A stretch of DNA of 64,000 nucleotides from an uncultured Candidatus Saccharibacteria bacterium (lineage in GTDB: Bacteria > Patescibacteriota > Minisyncoccia > Phycocordibacterales > CAIZLB01). The stretch is taken from the NCBI GenBank assembly GCA_964620475.1, contig CAZUJN010000001.1, positions 4,651 through 68,650 on the forward strand. The letters are read 5' to 3'. Below the pieces are notes generated by a model. The model was not told where the DNA came from and made no database searches. It saw only the letters and a list, made by a program, of their open reading frames with translations. The position numbers and the translations under genes are program-made. Below, one piece after another: positions 8,741 to 17,299 of the stretch (position 1 is the first letter of the stretch; each line of letters begins with the position of its first letter).

Positions 8741-11700
8741 TTATGTCAACTCTAAAGCAAGCCTTGACATCTTTTCATAACCTTCAGGTGCCATATTATA
8801 AACAAAATTTTCAACCTTTATACCTCCTCTTATATTTTGTCCAGCTGAAAATATTTTATATTTTCTCTTAAAATCTTCAAAAGATATTAGTTGTCCATTA
8901 TCATAAGCCACTTCTGCAAAATCTCTAAATGCCTTTATGGCATCACCGCCATTTTGTAGTATCCAATATTCTACACCTATACCACCAAGTCCACCTTGTT
9001 GACCATTTTCTCCTAAGCCTTTTTTATAGCACCCAGCTTCTTTAAGTTTTTTCTTAGCAAATCTTATATTTGTAAGCACATCTAACAGTTTTTCTCTGCC
9101 ATAAATCCTCTCTATCGAGTTATACTTTTCATGAAGACCACTATGAGCATCGAAGGTTGCAGAGTCAGATTTTTTGACGAAACCTATATCTACCGTCATC
9201 TTATGACCATCCATCTCTAATTCTTTAGATCTAAACATTCTCATGCCCTTATTTTCATAAGAATCATTCTTTTCAAATATTGATTCGATGCCAATTATAA
9301 GATTATTCACCTTACTCCAATCCTTATCATCTAATTTAACAGCAAAATCAAAGTCAAACTTTTCATCCAAAGCCGAACCTCTTCCTGTTGATCCTGTATC
9401 GGTTATAATAGCCCCAAGTAAACTATCATCATATTCTCCTTTATGGAATAAAATATTATTTTCCTCTAGTAATGATTTTATCTTATCTATTAACTTATCT
9501 TTGACTCTGGTAATAGACTCTATATTTCCTTCAGTTTGTTTAGATTCTAATATTTTTTCATGTTTTTTCCATTCATCAGATAAAGATATAACTTCTTTTG
9601 ACTTACGTGTTCCGGCAAAAGTTTTCTTATATCTATTAAAATCATCCAAGGTGAATGTAACTTTACCTTCTGCATTACATATTGGTATATAAAAACCTTT
9701 TTGAGCTATGAAATATTTTACATTTTCAAACCCCTCACCATCTATACATATAGCATCTATATTAGTGGAGCCGAAACCTGTTCTTATTCCATAATGTTTA
9801 TTATTAATAACTCCGGTTTTAAATATATCTAATTCATCTTTTTTAAATTGTTCTTTCTGCTTTAATATCAAATACATATCACCATAACCCGTAAAACCCT
9901 CTTTCAATGCTTCACTTTCAAATATAGATAAATCAGTATCAAAAGGGGTTGAATCACTAGATTTTGCAGTTGATTTTGCATTATCGGTTTCAGCACCAAT
10001 GAACTCAGGAGAATAAACACCTTTATCCAGATAAGTATCTATAAAATTAGAAGAGATACCTTTAATCATATCACCCTGTTTTATTTTTATAACACCTTGA
10101 CTTGAATTTAATATATTTCTTTGATGAGCATTTTGCTTATATTCATCCATCTTTTGCAAAGCTTGTTCAACTGAACCTATATCAACCCTTCTTAAAAAAG
10201 CCTGTTCAAACCTAGAAATAATATCTGAGCCTTCTTTTACACCAAAGGCTTGAGATATGGATTCCAATTCTGACTTTAGAGTGTTATCGGACAAATTATC
10301 TTCTATCTCTAAACTATATCTACCTATATGGCCAGATAATACATTAATTTTCTTTATGAAAAATTTAATCTTTTGTCTTTCTTCATCCGAAACAGATTCA
10401 CCTGATTGAAAGCGTGATATAACAGACCTATTTTCAGATAAAAATTGTAAATATGAATACAGGTTTTCATCGCAACTGGCTATATGTGATCTTAATAAAT
10501 CTTTAAATATAATCAATCTTCTCTTTGAATTATCTTTAACGTTTTTCAAAGATTCAACCTTTGATCTATTCACACCAAAGTCTAATTCTTTATCACCATA
10601 CATCAATTCAAAAACTTTATACTGTTTACCCACAAGAGGTATATTGTTAGACAGAAATATTTGTTCTATACCACCCAAAACCTTCTTTGCTTCTTCGATA
10701 TTTTTATATTTAGCTAGCATTGGTATTATCTGATCAGATAAATTTTTCAATTCAGCCGACTGTGATTCAGTCATAATCTTAAATAAATCAATATATCTTT
10801 GCTGTTCAGGAGTGAATGAAAAATCTTTCGAGTTTAAAAGATCTAGAGGACAAGACTGTATTGCTGAATTAAATAGATTATTCAAATCTTCTTCATCAAA
10901 AACATCAGAATATTTATTTCTTATAAAATATATATTAATCACACACCGTAAAGGTTCTTTTACGATTATAATATTTAAGGCCGATCTCTTTTGTTGTTTA
11001 TCTAAAGTAAATTCATATTCTTCTGTGAGGATATTTGGGTAACAATTTAAAACATTATTAAACATAATATTTTCTTCATCTTTAGAAAGTACTATACCTT
11101 TTTCAGATAAAACCTTAGAAACATAATTAAAATTTATGAATGAATTATTTATTATATTATAATTATTATTCATAATACCTTTTTTGATATCACCAATATC
11201 AAAAGTTTCTAAACCCCTAGATGTATTATTTCCAAAAGCTTTATTGGACAAGGTAATCAAGTCAATATCTTTATCTGAATTAACCCAATCAGAATAATCC
11301 TTGATTTTTTGTAAATAATCTTCAGAAGAACCCATTACTCTAATATTTTCATGTATATCTAATCTATTAATAATATCAATAAACCACTTATAATCATTCC
11401 CAAAACTTTTATATACAGTTTTAGATATTGACCTTATCTCATTGAAATTTATATAGATTTTATCTTTAAAACCTTTGAATATATCTATAAATATATTGAA
11501 CTCTGTTTCGCTCAAAGTGTTCAATTCATCAAGATAATATTCGAGATTTTTGTAGCCTAAACCCTCTAAAGAGTCTATCTTATAGATTAAATCATGATTA
11601 AATTTATCGATTTTCTTCAATTCATACGAATTAGTCATTCTAATATAACCCTTTTTGACTAGATAAATTAATAAATCTATTTTATTACCATCTAATGTAT

Positions 11701-12751
11701 TAAATGTTTCAAATACCTTATCATAAGAAAGATTATTGAGTGAATAATTTTTATTTACGAACTCTTCTTTTATTAAATCCTGCAAACGTATATCATAATT
11801 TGATATTTTATTCACAAATAAAATAAAATCATTAATTTTTACTTCTCTAATATTCTTAAAAAAGACTTGCGCTTTGATCAGATTCTCTTCATTTATAATT
11901 TTTACCAAATCTTTTAAATAGTAAAAATCATTGTTCTCGAACTTAAATTTTATATATTTATTATTTATTAATATTTTCAATTGTTCTGATGATATATCGT
12001 CTAGATTGTATAGACTAAATTCATTCATTTCTCTATATACACCAGATTTATCAATAATCCTTATTTTTTCAATAGTATTTTCATCCACTCTATCAAAATT
12101 AAAAGTATGACGTATATCAATTTTCATCAGACATTCTAGAGAGATATTATTTTTTTTATTAAAAGAGTAAATTTGATTAGTTTTTTTTATTAAATCTTCT
12201 ACACTATAAAAATATTTTAATTCCCTTTGTTTGGAAGAAACCATCTTTAACAATTTCGCACCCTCATCATTTAACGGAAACTCAGCAAAATGTACCCCCC
12301 ACAAGTTATGAGATACCTTTTTCTTCTCAAACTCAGCTCTTAAATCTTCTTTGTTTTCTATATCCAAATTATCCAATATAAACTCAATTGTCTTAACCTT
12401 TTTTCTGTTTTCACCAAATCTATCACTATATGATTCAATAGTACTATTTATTCCTTTAGCTACACCCTCTAAAACCCTCTCTCCAAGTTTTTTTAACCTA
12501 TCTTTAAAATTCAGAGTATCTTTTTTTATAAGATCAAATTCACGCTCATACCCTCTTTTCTCTTCTTCGGATAGGTTTTCATCATTCAACAATGACTCGA
12601 TCTTCTGATTTGTTCCCTCTATATCATCAATAGTATTTTCCAAACCTATCACTGACTCATGTAGACGATTATTTATCACATCAGAAGCTACCTCTTTTTC
12701 GGTATCATTTATTCCTGTCTCATTTTTAATTATATCTCTTTCATCCTTCAT
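8741..12751 (-). CDS. Giant (1336 aa) mostly low-complexity K/E/N/I-rich protein with C-terminal polymerase-beta-superfamily nucleotidyltransferase domain
   Basis: C-terminal region has hG[GS]...D.D motif (IITDTGSTGRGSALDEKFDFDFAV) and downstream third-Asp strand (KMTVDIGFV), followed by a helical domain (GGLGGIGVEYWILQNGGD). Confidence 0.6.
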   Translation of the reverse strand: MKDERDIIKNETGINDTEKEVASDVINNRLHESVIGLENTIDDIEGTNQKIESLLNDENLSEEEKRGYEREFDLIKKDTLNFKDRLKKLGERVLEGVAKGINSTIESYSDRFGENRKKVKTIEFILDNLDIENKEDLRAEFEKKKVSHNLWGVHFAEFPLNDEGAKLLKMVSSKQRELKYFYSVEDLIKKTNQIYSFNKKNNISLECLMKIDIRHTFNFDRVDENTIEKIRIIDKSGVYREMNEFSLYNLDDISSEQLKILINNKYIKFKFENNDFYYLKDLVKIINEENLIKAQVFFKNIREVKINDFILFVNKISNYDIRLQDLIKEEFVNKNYSLNNLSYDKVFETFNTLDGNKIDLLIYLVKKGYIRMTNSYELKKIDKFNHDLIYKIDSLEGLGYKNLEYYLDELNTLSETEFNIFIDIFKGFKDKIYINFNEIRSISKTVYKSFGNDYKWFIDIINRLDIHENIRVMGSSEDYLQKIKDYSDWVNSDKDIDLITLSNKAFGNNTSRGLETFDIGDIKKGIMNNNYNIINNSFINFNYVSKVLSEKGIVLSKDEENIMFNNVLNCYPNILTEEYEFTLDKQQKRSALNIIIVKEPLRCVINIYFIRNKYSDVFDEEDLNNLFNSAIQSCPLDLLNSKDFSFTPEQQRYIDLFKIMTESQSAELKNLSDQIIPMLAKYKNIEEAKKVLGGIEQIFLSNNIPLVGKQYKVFELMYGDKELDFGVNRSKVESLKNVKDNSKRRLIIFKDLLRSHIASCDENLYSYLQFLSENRSVISRFQSGESVSDEERQKIKFFIKKINVLSGHIGRYSLEIEDNLSDNTLKSELESISQAFGVKEGSDIISRFEQAFLRRVDIGSVEQALQKMDEYKQNAHQRNILNSSQGVIKIKQGDMIKGISSNFIDTYLDKGVYSPEFIGAETDNAKSTAKSSDSTPFDTDLSIFESEALKEGFTGYGDMYLILKQKEQFKKDELDIFKTGVINNKHYGIRTGFGSTNIDAICIDGEGFENVKYFIAQKGFYIPICNAEGKVTFTLDDFNRYKKTFAGTRKSKEVISLSDEWKKHEKILESKQTEGNIESITRVKDKLIDKIKSLLEENNILFHKGEYDDSLLGAIITDTGSTGRGSALDEKFDFDFAVKLDDKDWSKVNNLIIGIESIFEKNDSYENKGMRMFRSKELEMDGHKMTVDIGFVKKSDSATFDAHSGLHEKYNSIERIYGREKLLDVLTNIRFAKKKLKEAGCYKKGLGENGQQGGLGGIGVEYWILQNGGDAIKAFRDFAEVAYDNGQLISFEDFKRKYKIFSAGQNIRGGIKVENFVYNMAPEGYEKMSRLALELT

Positions 12752-12955
12752 TTATTTGTTTAAATTAGATCTTATCTTTTTAAGCTTATTTAATTCTATA
12801 CTTTTTCTTATCCTATTTAGTAAACTGACTTGACGAGACCTTAAAACCCCGATATCAACCCTGAGATCTTTCAATAATATTGATATTTTATCAAACTCTA
12901 AATTCATATATTTATATATACATATTATCATATTTGTTAATAAAAATTGATTCAC
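12752..12955 (-). CDS. Small hypothetical protein (67 aa) immediately upstream of, and abutting, the giant NTase gene
   Basis: ORF ends 1 nt before the giant gene start; no recognisable motif; may be a spurious AT-rich ORF. Confidence 0.2.
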   Translation of the reverse strand: MNQFLLTNMIICIYKYMNLEFDKISILLKDLRVDIGVLRSRQVSLLNRIRKSIELNKLKKIRSNLNK

Positions 12956-13012
12956 TCACGTATATAAGTTCAAAGGTATAACCTTTTATTAAAAATAAAC
13001 AAAACAAACATA

Positions 13013-13288
13013 ATGACAATAAAAGAATTTGCATATAAACATAGCCTGACCTTCTTTTGGTCTACTATAGTTTTGGCGATAATAATATTATTAATGCTAG
13101 TTGCCGGTCTTGACAGAAACAGATTTGAAAACAAAAGAGACTTTGGAAACAGAGACCTTGATAGACGTGGTGGACAGATGATGGACCGATACAATACACG
13201 CGGTCAATATATGAGAAATCAACCACCACAAAAAGAACAAGTATTGCCATTGGATAACACATCCTCATCCTCTTCACAAACACAATAA
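13013..13288 (+). CDS. Small membrane protein (one TM helix, Arg/Gln-rich tail)
   Basis: 91 aa, hydrophobic segment FWSTIVLAIIILLMLVAGL; followed by terminator. Confidence 0.35.
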   Translation: MTIKEFAYKHSLTFFWSTIVLAIIILLMLVAGLDRNRFENKRDFGNRDLDRRGGQMMDRYNTRGQYMRNQPPQKEQVLPLDNTSSSSSQTQ

Positions 13289-13314
13289 TTTATTGATATA
13301 ATATAAGCAACATA

Positions 13315-13347
13315 AAAACCGCTATTAAAATCTTTGCAGCGGTTTTT
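13315..13347. terminator. Bidirectional terminator (aaccgct-loop-agcggtt with flanking T/A runs)
   Basis: Hairpin between convergent genes 13013..13288(+) and 13352..13681(-). Confidence 0.55.
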
Positions 13348-13351
13348 ATTT

Positions 13352-13681
13352 TTATAAATATTTTTCTCCGTATTTCAATAGAGCATTAACTATTGTTTTT
13401 AAACCCCTACCCCTTTCTGTTAGAGAATATTCAACATGGGGCGGTTTAGCTTTATATTCAGTCCTGAGAACTAATTTTTGATCTTCAAGTTGCTTTAGCT
13501 TTTGAGTAATAGTCCTAGTACTTACACCCTCAAGGTGATCACATAGAACACCGAATCTCTTTGATCCATTTAAAAGTTCTTTTATTATTATGAGTATCAC
13601 AGTATCACCTACAAGATTGGCTGCTTTGGCTATGGGACAGCCTGTGCAGATCTTTTTTTGTTGTGATTTAGTCCTAAGCAT
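13352..13681 (-). CDS. HxlR-family (MarR-like wHTH) transcriptional regulator
   Basis: CPIAKAANLVGDTVILIIIKELLNGSKRFGVLCDHLEGVSTRTITQKLKQLEDQKLV matches HxlR/DUF24 core. Confidence 0.85.
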   Translation of the reverse strand: MLRTKSQQKKICTGCPIAKAANLVGDTVILIIIKELLNGSKRFGVLCDHLEGVSTRTITQKLKQLEDQKLVLRTEYKAKPPHVEYSLTERGRGLKTIVNALLKYGEKYL

Positions 13682-13745
13682 ATATATAAAATAACATTTT
13701 TTCTAATACTTTACAAATGAAAGTATAAAGACTATAATTATCTCT

Positions 13746-14378
13746 ATGACAAATATAATAGAATCATTAAATTGGAGATATGCCACAAAAGCATATGATT
13801 CAAGTAAAAAATTAACACAAGAACAAATTAACAATTTATTGGAAGTGATAAGACTATCCCCTTCCTCATATGGATTACAGCCATATAAAGTAATACACGT
13901 TAAAACTCCAGAGATTAGAGAAAAGCTAAAAGCTGCATCTTGGGGACAAACACAGATAACAGATGCTTCTGATTTGTTTGTATTTGCAGTACCCACAAAT
14001 CTAAATGATAAAGATGTTGATGATTTTATAAATCTTGTTGCTACAGTTCGTGGAGCACAAGCTGAACAATTAAAAGGTTATGCAGATATGATAAAAGGTT
14101 CTATAAACGGAAGAGATGACGCTGGTAGAGTTTCTTGGGCAGCAAAACAAGCATATATAGCACTAGGTTTATTATTGGAAGCTGCTGCTTTAGAAAAAAT
14201 AGATGCTACCCCTATGGAAGGCTTTGATAATGCACAATACAATGAGATATTAGGTTTAAATGAACAAAACCTAACATCTGTAGTAGTCGCAGCGGTTGGT
14301 TATAGATCAGAGACAGATGAATATATAAATCTAAAAAAAGTCAGAAAAGATATAAAAGACTTGGTTATAGAGAAATAG
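13746..14378 (+). CDS. Nitroreductase-family NAD(P)H flavin oxidoreductase
   Basis: N-terminus ESLNWRYATKAYD...SSYGLQPYKVIHV typical of the nitroreductase fold; divergent from the HxlR regulator (classic pairing). Confidence 0.85.
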   Translation: MTNIIESLNWRYATKAYDSSKKLTQEQINNLLEVIRLSPSSYGLQPYKVIHVKTPEIREKLKAASWGQTQITDASDLFVFAVPTNLNDKDVDDFINLVATVRGAQAEQLKGYADMIKGSINGRDDAGRVSWAAKQAYIALGLLLEAAALEKIDATPMEGFDNAQYNEILGLNEQNLTSVVVAAVGYRSETDEYINLKKVRKDIKDLVIEK

Positions 14379-14389
14379 CAAAAAACCAC

Positions 14390-14905
14390 CTATTGGTGGT
14401 TTTTTAAATAACATTCCCACAAATATTTTATTCCGCTTCTAGTCAAAGTTTCCATAACATCTCTTTTATCTACCCAAACAAAATCAGCGATAGCCTTCTC
14501 ATCTTCTGAAACATCGTCTTTTTCTAAATCCTTAAGTTGAGTAATAACTAAATGATAGTGAGCCAAACGATTAACATTTTTAACAGGATGAAAAAATAAT
14601 CCATGTGATACAAAATCTGTTTTTTGTATTTCTCCTACATTTTTATATCCTGTTTCTTCATGTATTTCTTTTCTAACCGTATCTTCTAATGTATCTCCTT
14701 CTTCTATACCGCCTGTGACAAAACCATTCCAGACAGATTGTTTCCATTTTGCTATAAGATAAGAATCTTCTGTTGGGTGTTTTATGATTATAGCTATAGG
14801 ATCACGTTCTATAATAGGTTTGCCTTCCTGAAATTGATCAGATCCACCTTCTAAGTTTATATCTATACCCGGATATTTTTGTCTAAATTCTTCTATGGTT
14901 GTCAT
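14390..14905 (-). CDS. NUDIX hydrolase
   Basis: Nudix box GGIEEGDTLEDTVRKEIHEETG. Confidence 0.85.
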   Translation of the reverse strand: MTTIEEFRQKYPGIDINLEGGSDQFQEGKPIIERDPIAIIIKHPTEDSYLIAKWKQSVWNGFVTGGIEEGDTLEDTVRKEIHEETGYKNVGEIQKTDFVSHGLFFHPVKNVNRLAHYHLVITQLKDLEKDDVSEDEKAIADFVWVDKRDVMETLTRSGIKYLWECYLKNHQ

Positions 14906-14932
14906 GATATGATTATAATATATAATGAAAAT

Positions 14933-15553
14933 ATGGAAAAACCTGAAACAGAAAACCTAGAATTACAAAGAGAAAAGGTTAAAAAATTATACGACAAAGC
15001 CGCACCTGTTTATGATGAGCGCTACGAAGGCGAAGCTGATTATCAAGTTCCTGGGATATTACAAGATTTTTACAAAGAAAATGGAATAGGATCTGGCTTA
15101 GTTTTAGATATAGGTTGTGGTACAGGAAGTATCATGAATTATCTTGGTGATAATTTTACATATAAAGTAATAGATATGTCCCCTGCTATGGCAATAGAAG
15201 CAAAGAAAAAAGGATTAGATGTTGAAGTTGGTCCCGTTGAGGATGTTATTAAAAGATTTCCGGATAAATCCGTCGATCACATAACCGCGATGAGTATGCT
15301 TTATTTTGTAAAAGATTTTGCAGGGTTGATGAAAGAGTTTGAGAGGGTGGCAAGAAAAAGTATTTTTGTTTCTTTAGATAATTTTGATGATGAGACTGTA
15401 GAGATGATGAGAGGTTTAGGTATAAATCTATATAATCATGATTCATCTCTGATAGATGATCCAAAAGAGGTTAAGAAAAATGTTTACCTGTGGTGCAAGC
15501 CAGAGAATAAAGAAAAGATTTACGGTGATGTTGTGTTTAAGAGGTTGGGGTAA
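14933..15553 (+). CDS. Class I SAM-dependent methyltransferase
   Basis: Motif I VLDIGCGTGSIM; start chosen at ATG 14933 (MEKPETEN...) rather than the ORF-track 14879, which overlaps the convergent NUDIX start. Confidence 0.7.
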   Translation: MEKPETENLELQREKVKKLYDKAAPVYDERYEGEADYQVPGILQDFYKENGIGSGLVLDIGCGTGSIMNYLGDNFTYKVIDMSPAMAIEAKKKGLDVEVGPVEDVIKRFPDKSVDHITAMSMLYFVKDFAGLMKEFERVARKSIFVSLDNFDDETVEMMRGLGINLYNHDSSLIDDPKEVKKNVYLWCKPENKEKIYGDVVFKRLG

Positions 15554-15653
15554 AACTGCGGAGAGTCTCGGGTTAGAACCGTTTGATGTTAAGACCGGTA
15601 AGGTTGGTTTAAAACAATAGACCGTTGTTTAATTAATAGGTCTCGAGTGTGAC

Positions 15654-16070
15654 CTATATCTTTCTTTTTCTTAAAAACATTTTTAATCCCATAACAACAG
15701 TCCATATAAAAACACCCAAAGACAATAGAGGGTAAACAAATGAGGCGGAGATAATAGCATCTTCAGGGTTATCTAAATCATAATAAACGATAACAGTTTC
15801 GCCAACAACATATTGGTTGGTTTTTATACTGTCGTGCTGTGTAAAAGTATGTGCAATATTATTGCTATCAACATATGAAACATCAACAGCATAATCACTT
15901 CCTGCCTTCCTGTATCCACCCGAGTTTTCTCGCCAATCAGTCACAGTACCTTGAGCCTGATTACCACATAAAATCAATAAAATATCATTCACGGAAAAAT
16001 AAAACGCGCTGAGAGATAGTAATCCGATAAAAATTAAAACAAATGGATGGTATTTTTTATTTTTTTTCAT
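15654..16070 (-). CDS. Membrane protein, DUF3592-like (N- and C-terminal TM helices flanking a beta-rich domain)
   Basis: 138 aa, two hydrophobic segments; no catalytic motif. Confidence 0.4.
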   Translation of the reverse strand: MKKNKKYHPFVLIFIGLLSLSAFYFSVNDILLILCGNQAQGTVTDWRENSGGYRKAGSDYAVDVSYVDSNNIAHTFTQHDSIKTNQYVVGETVIVYYDLDNPEDAIISASFVYPLLSLGVFIWTVVMGLKMFLRKRKI

Positions 16071-16125
16071 ATGTAAATTATAACTTGCAAATCCTCAAAT
16101 TCCTACATCTCGAGCATGCTCGACT

Positions 16126-16217
16126 TGGCGGAGACGGAGGGATTCGAACCCTCGGGACCCTTTTAAAAGCCCACCTCTTTAGCAAAGAGGCACATTCGAC
16201 CACTCTGACACGTCTCC
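16126..16217 (-). tRNA. tRNA-Ser (anticodon GCU), CCA encoded
   Basis: Reverse complement reads GGAGACGTGTCAGAGTGGTCGAA...CCTCT-TTGCTAA-AGAGG...long variable arm...GGGTTCGAATCCCTCCGTCTCCGCCA; 92 nt. Confidence 0.85.
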
Positions 16218-16320
16218 ATATACCTATATATAACACAAAACCCTGAGATTCAATAATTGATTTTCCAAAAATATATTGATATGATTAAATTATTAGCAGC
16301 TAACTATTTAAATCAAATTT

Positions 16321-16512
16321 ATGGAATTATTTGGACTAGGAGTACCTGAAATCACTTTAATATTAGTAGTCTTTCTGGTTTTTTTTGGAAAAGACAAACT
16401 TCCTGAACTTGCAAGGAGTATAGGAACATCTTTCAAAGAACTTAAGAAAGGTTTTAGTACAGAAGCTGACTCAAAAGAAAAGACTGATGACAATACAAAA
16501 AAATCAAAATAG
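16321..16512 (+). CDS. tatA: Sec-independent (twin-arginine) translocase protein TatA/E
   Basis: MELFGLGVPEITLILVVFLVFFGKDKLPELARSIGTSFKELKKG is the TatA signature. Confidence 0.9.
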   Translation: MELFGLGVPEITLILVVFLVFFGKDKLPELARSIGTSFKELKKGFSTEADSKEKTDDNTKKSK

Positions 16513-17221
16513 TGATTTGAGTATATTGGAGCATATTATAGAACTTAGGAATAGAATAATTCTATGCGTGCTAGTTATTATTATTGGTTCAGCTATCGCT
16601 CATTTTTTTCATGAACAAATTATTAGTTTTATTTTAAAACCTATCGATGGGCAAAAACTTGTATTCCTTTCCCCTCTTGATCCTTTATTTTTTATTTTGA
16701 AAATTGATTTAGTAGTTGGAATTTTAATATCATTACCTATTATAGTTTGGTCTGTATTTTCATATATAAAACCGATTATAACAAATAAGCTCAACTATTT
16801 GATACATGTTATATATTTATCATCAACCTTATTAGTTTTGACGGCTCTTGGTTATGCATATTTTATAATAGTACCGCTTATATTAAAGTTTTTATCATCA
16901 ATCACAATCCCTGGAATAGAAAGTGCTATTACAGCTCAAAACTATCTTAGTTTTTTTATTACACAAATACTCATAATCACACTTGTATTTCAAATTCCTT
17001 TATTTATTATTCTTGGAATTTATATAGGAGTTTTTAATACAAGATTATTGGGCTCAAAACGAGGTTATATATATGTTGGTATGACTATAGTACTTTCAAT
17101 ACTAACACCGACACCAGACATATTTAGTCTTGGTATTATTCTAATTCCCGCTTTATTTATATTTGAAATAAGTTTAATTATAGGTAGAATTGTAGAGAAA
17201 TTTAAGAAGAAGAAAATTTAG
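16487..17221 (+). CDS. tatC: Twin-arginine translocase subunit TatC
   Basis: 244 aa, six TM helices, LEHIIELRNR start typical of TatC; overlaps tatA end. Confidence 0.85.
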   Translation: MTIQKNQNSDLSILEHIIELRNRIILCVLVIIIGSAIAHFFHEQIISFILKPIDGQKLVFLSPLDPLFFILKIDLVVGILISLPIIVWSVFSYIKPIITNKLNYLIHVIYLSSTLLVLTALGYAYFIIVPLILKFLSSITIPGIESAITAQNYLSFFITQILIITLVFQIPLFIILGIYIGVFNTRLLGSKRGYIYVGMTIVLSILTPTPDIFSLGIILIPALFIFEISLIIGRIVEKFKKKKI

Positions 17222-17299
17222 ACCCAAACCACGCGAACAAAAAAAACAGCACTTACTCGAAGTGTTGTTTTTTTATTATTGATGAGACCTTGTTTATAA

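Noticed and set aside
16043-16246. 67-aa plus-strand ORF
   Set aside because: Overlaps tRNA-Ser(GCU) on the opposite strand; no coding signal.
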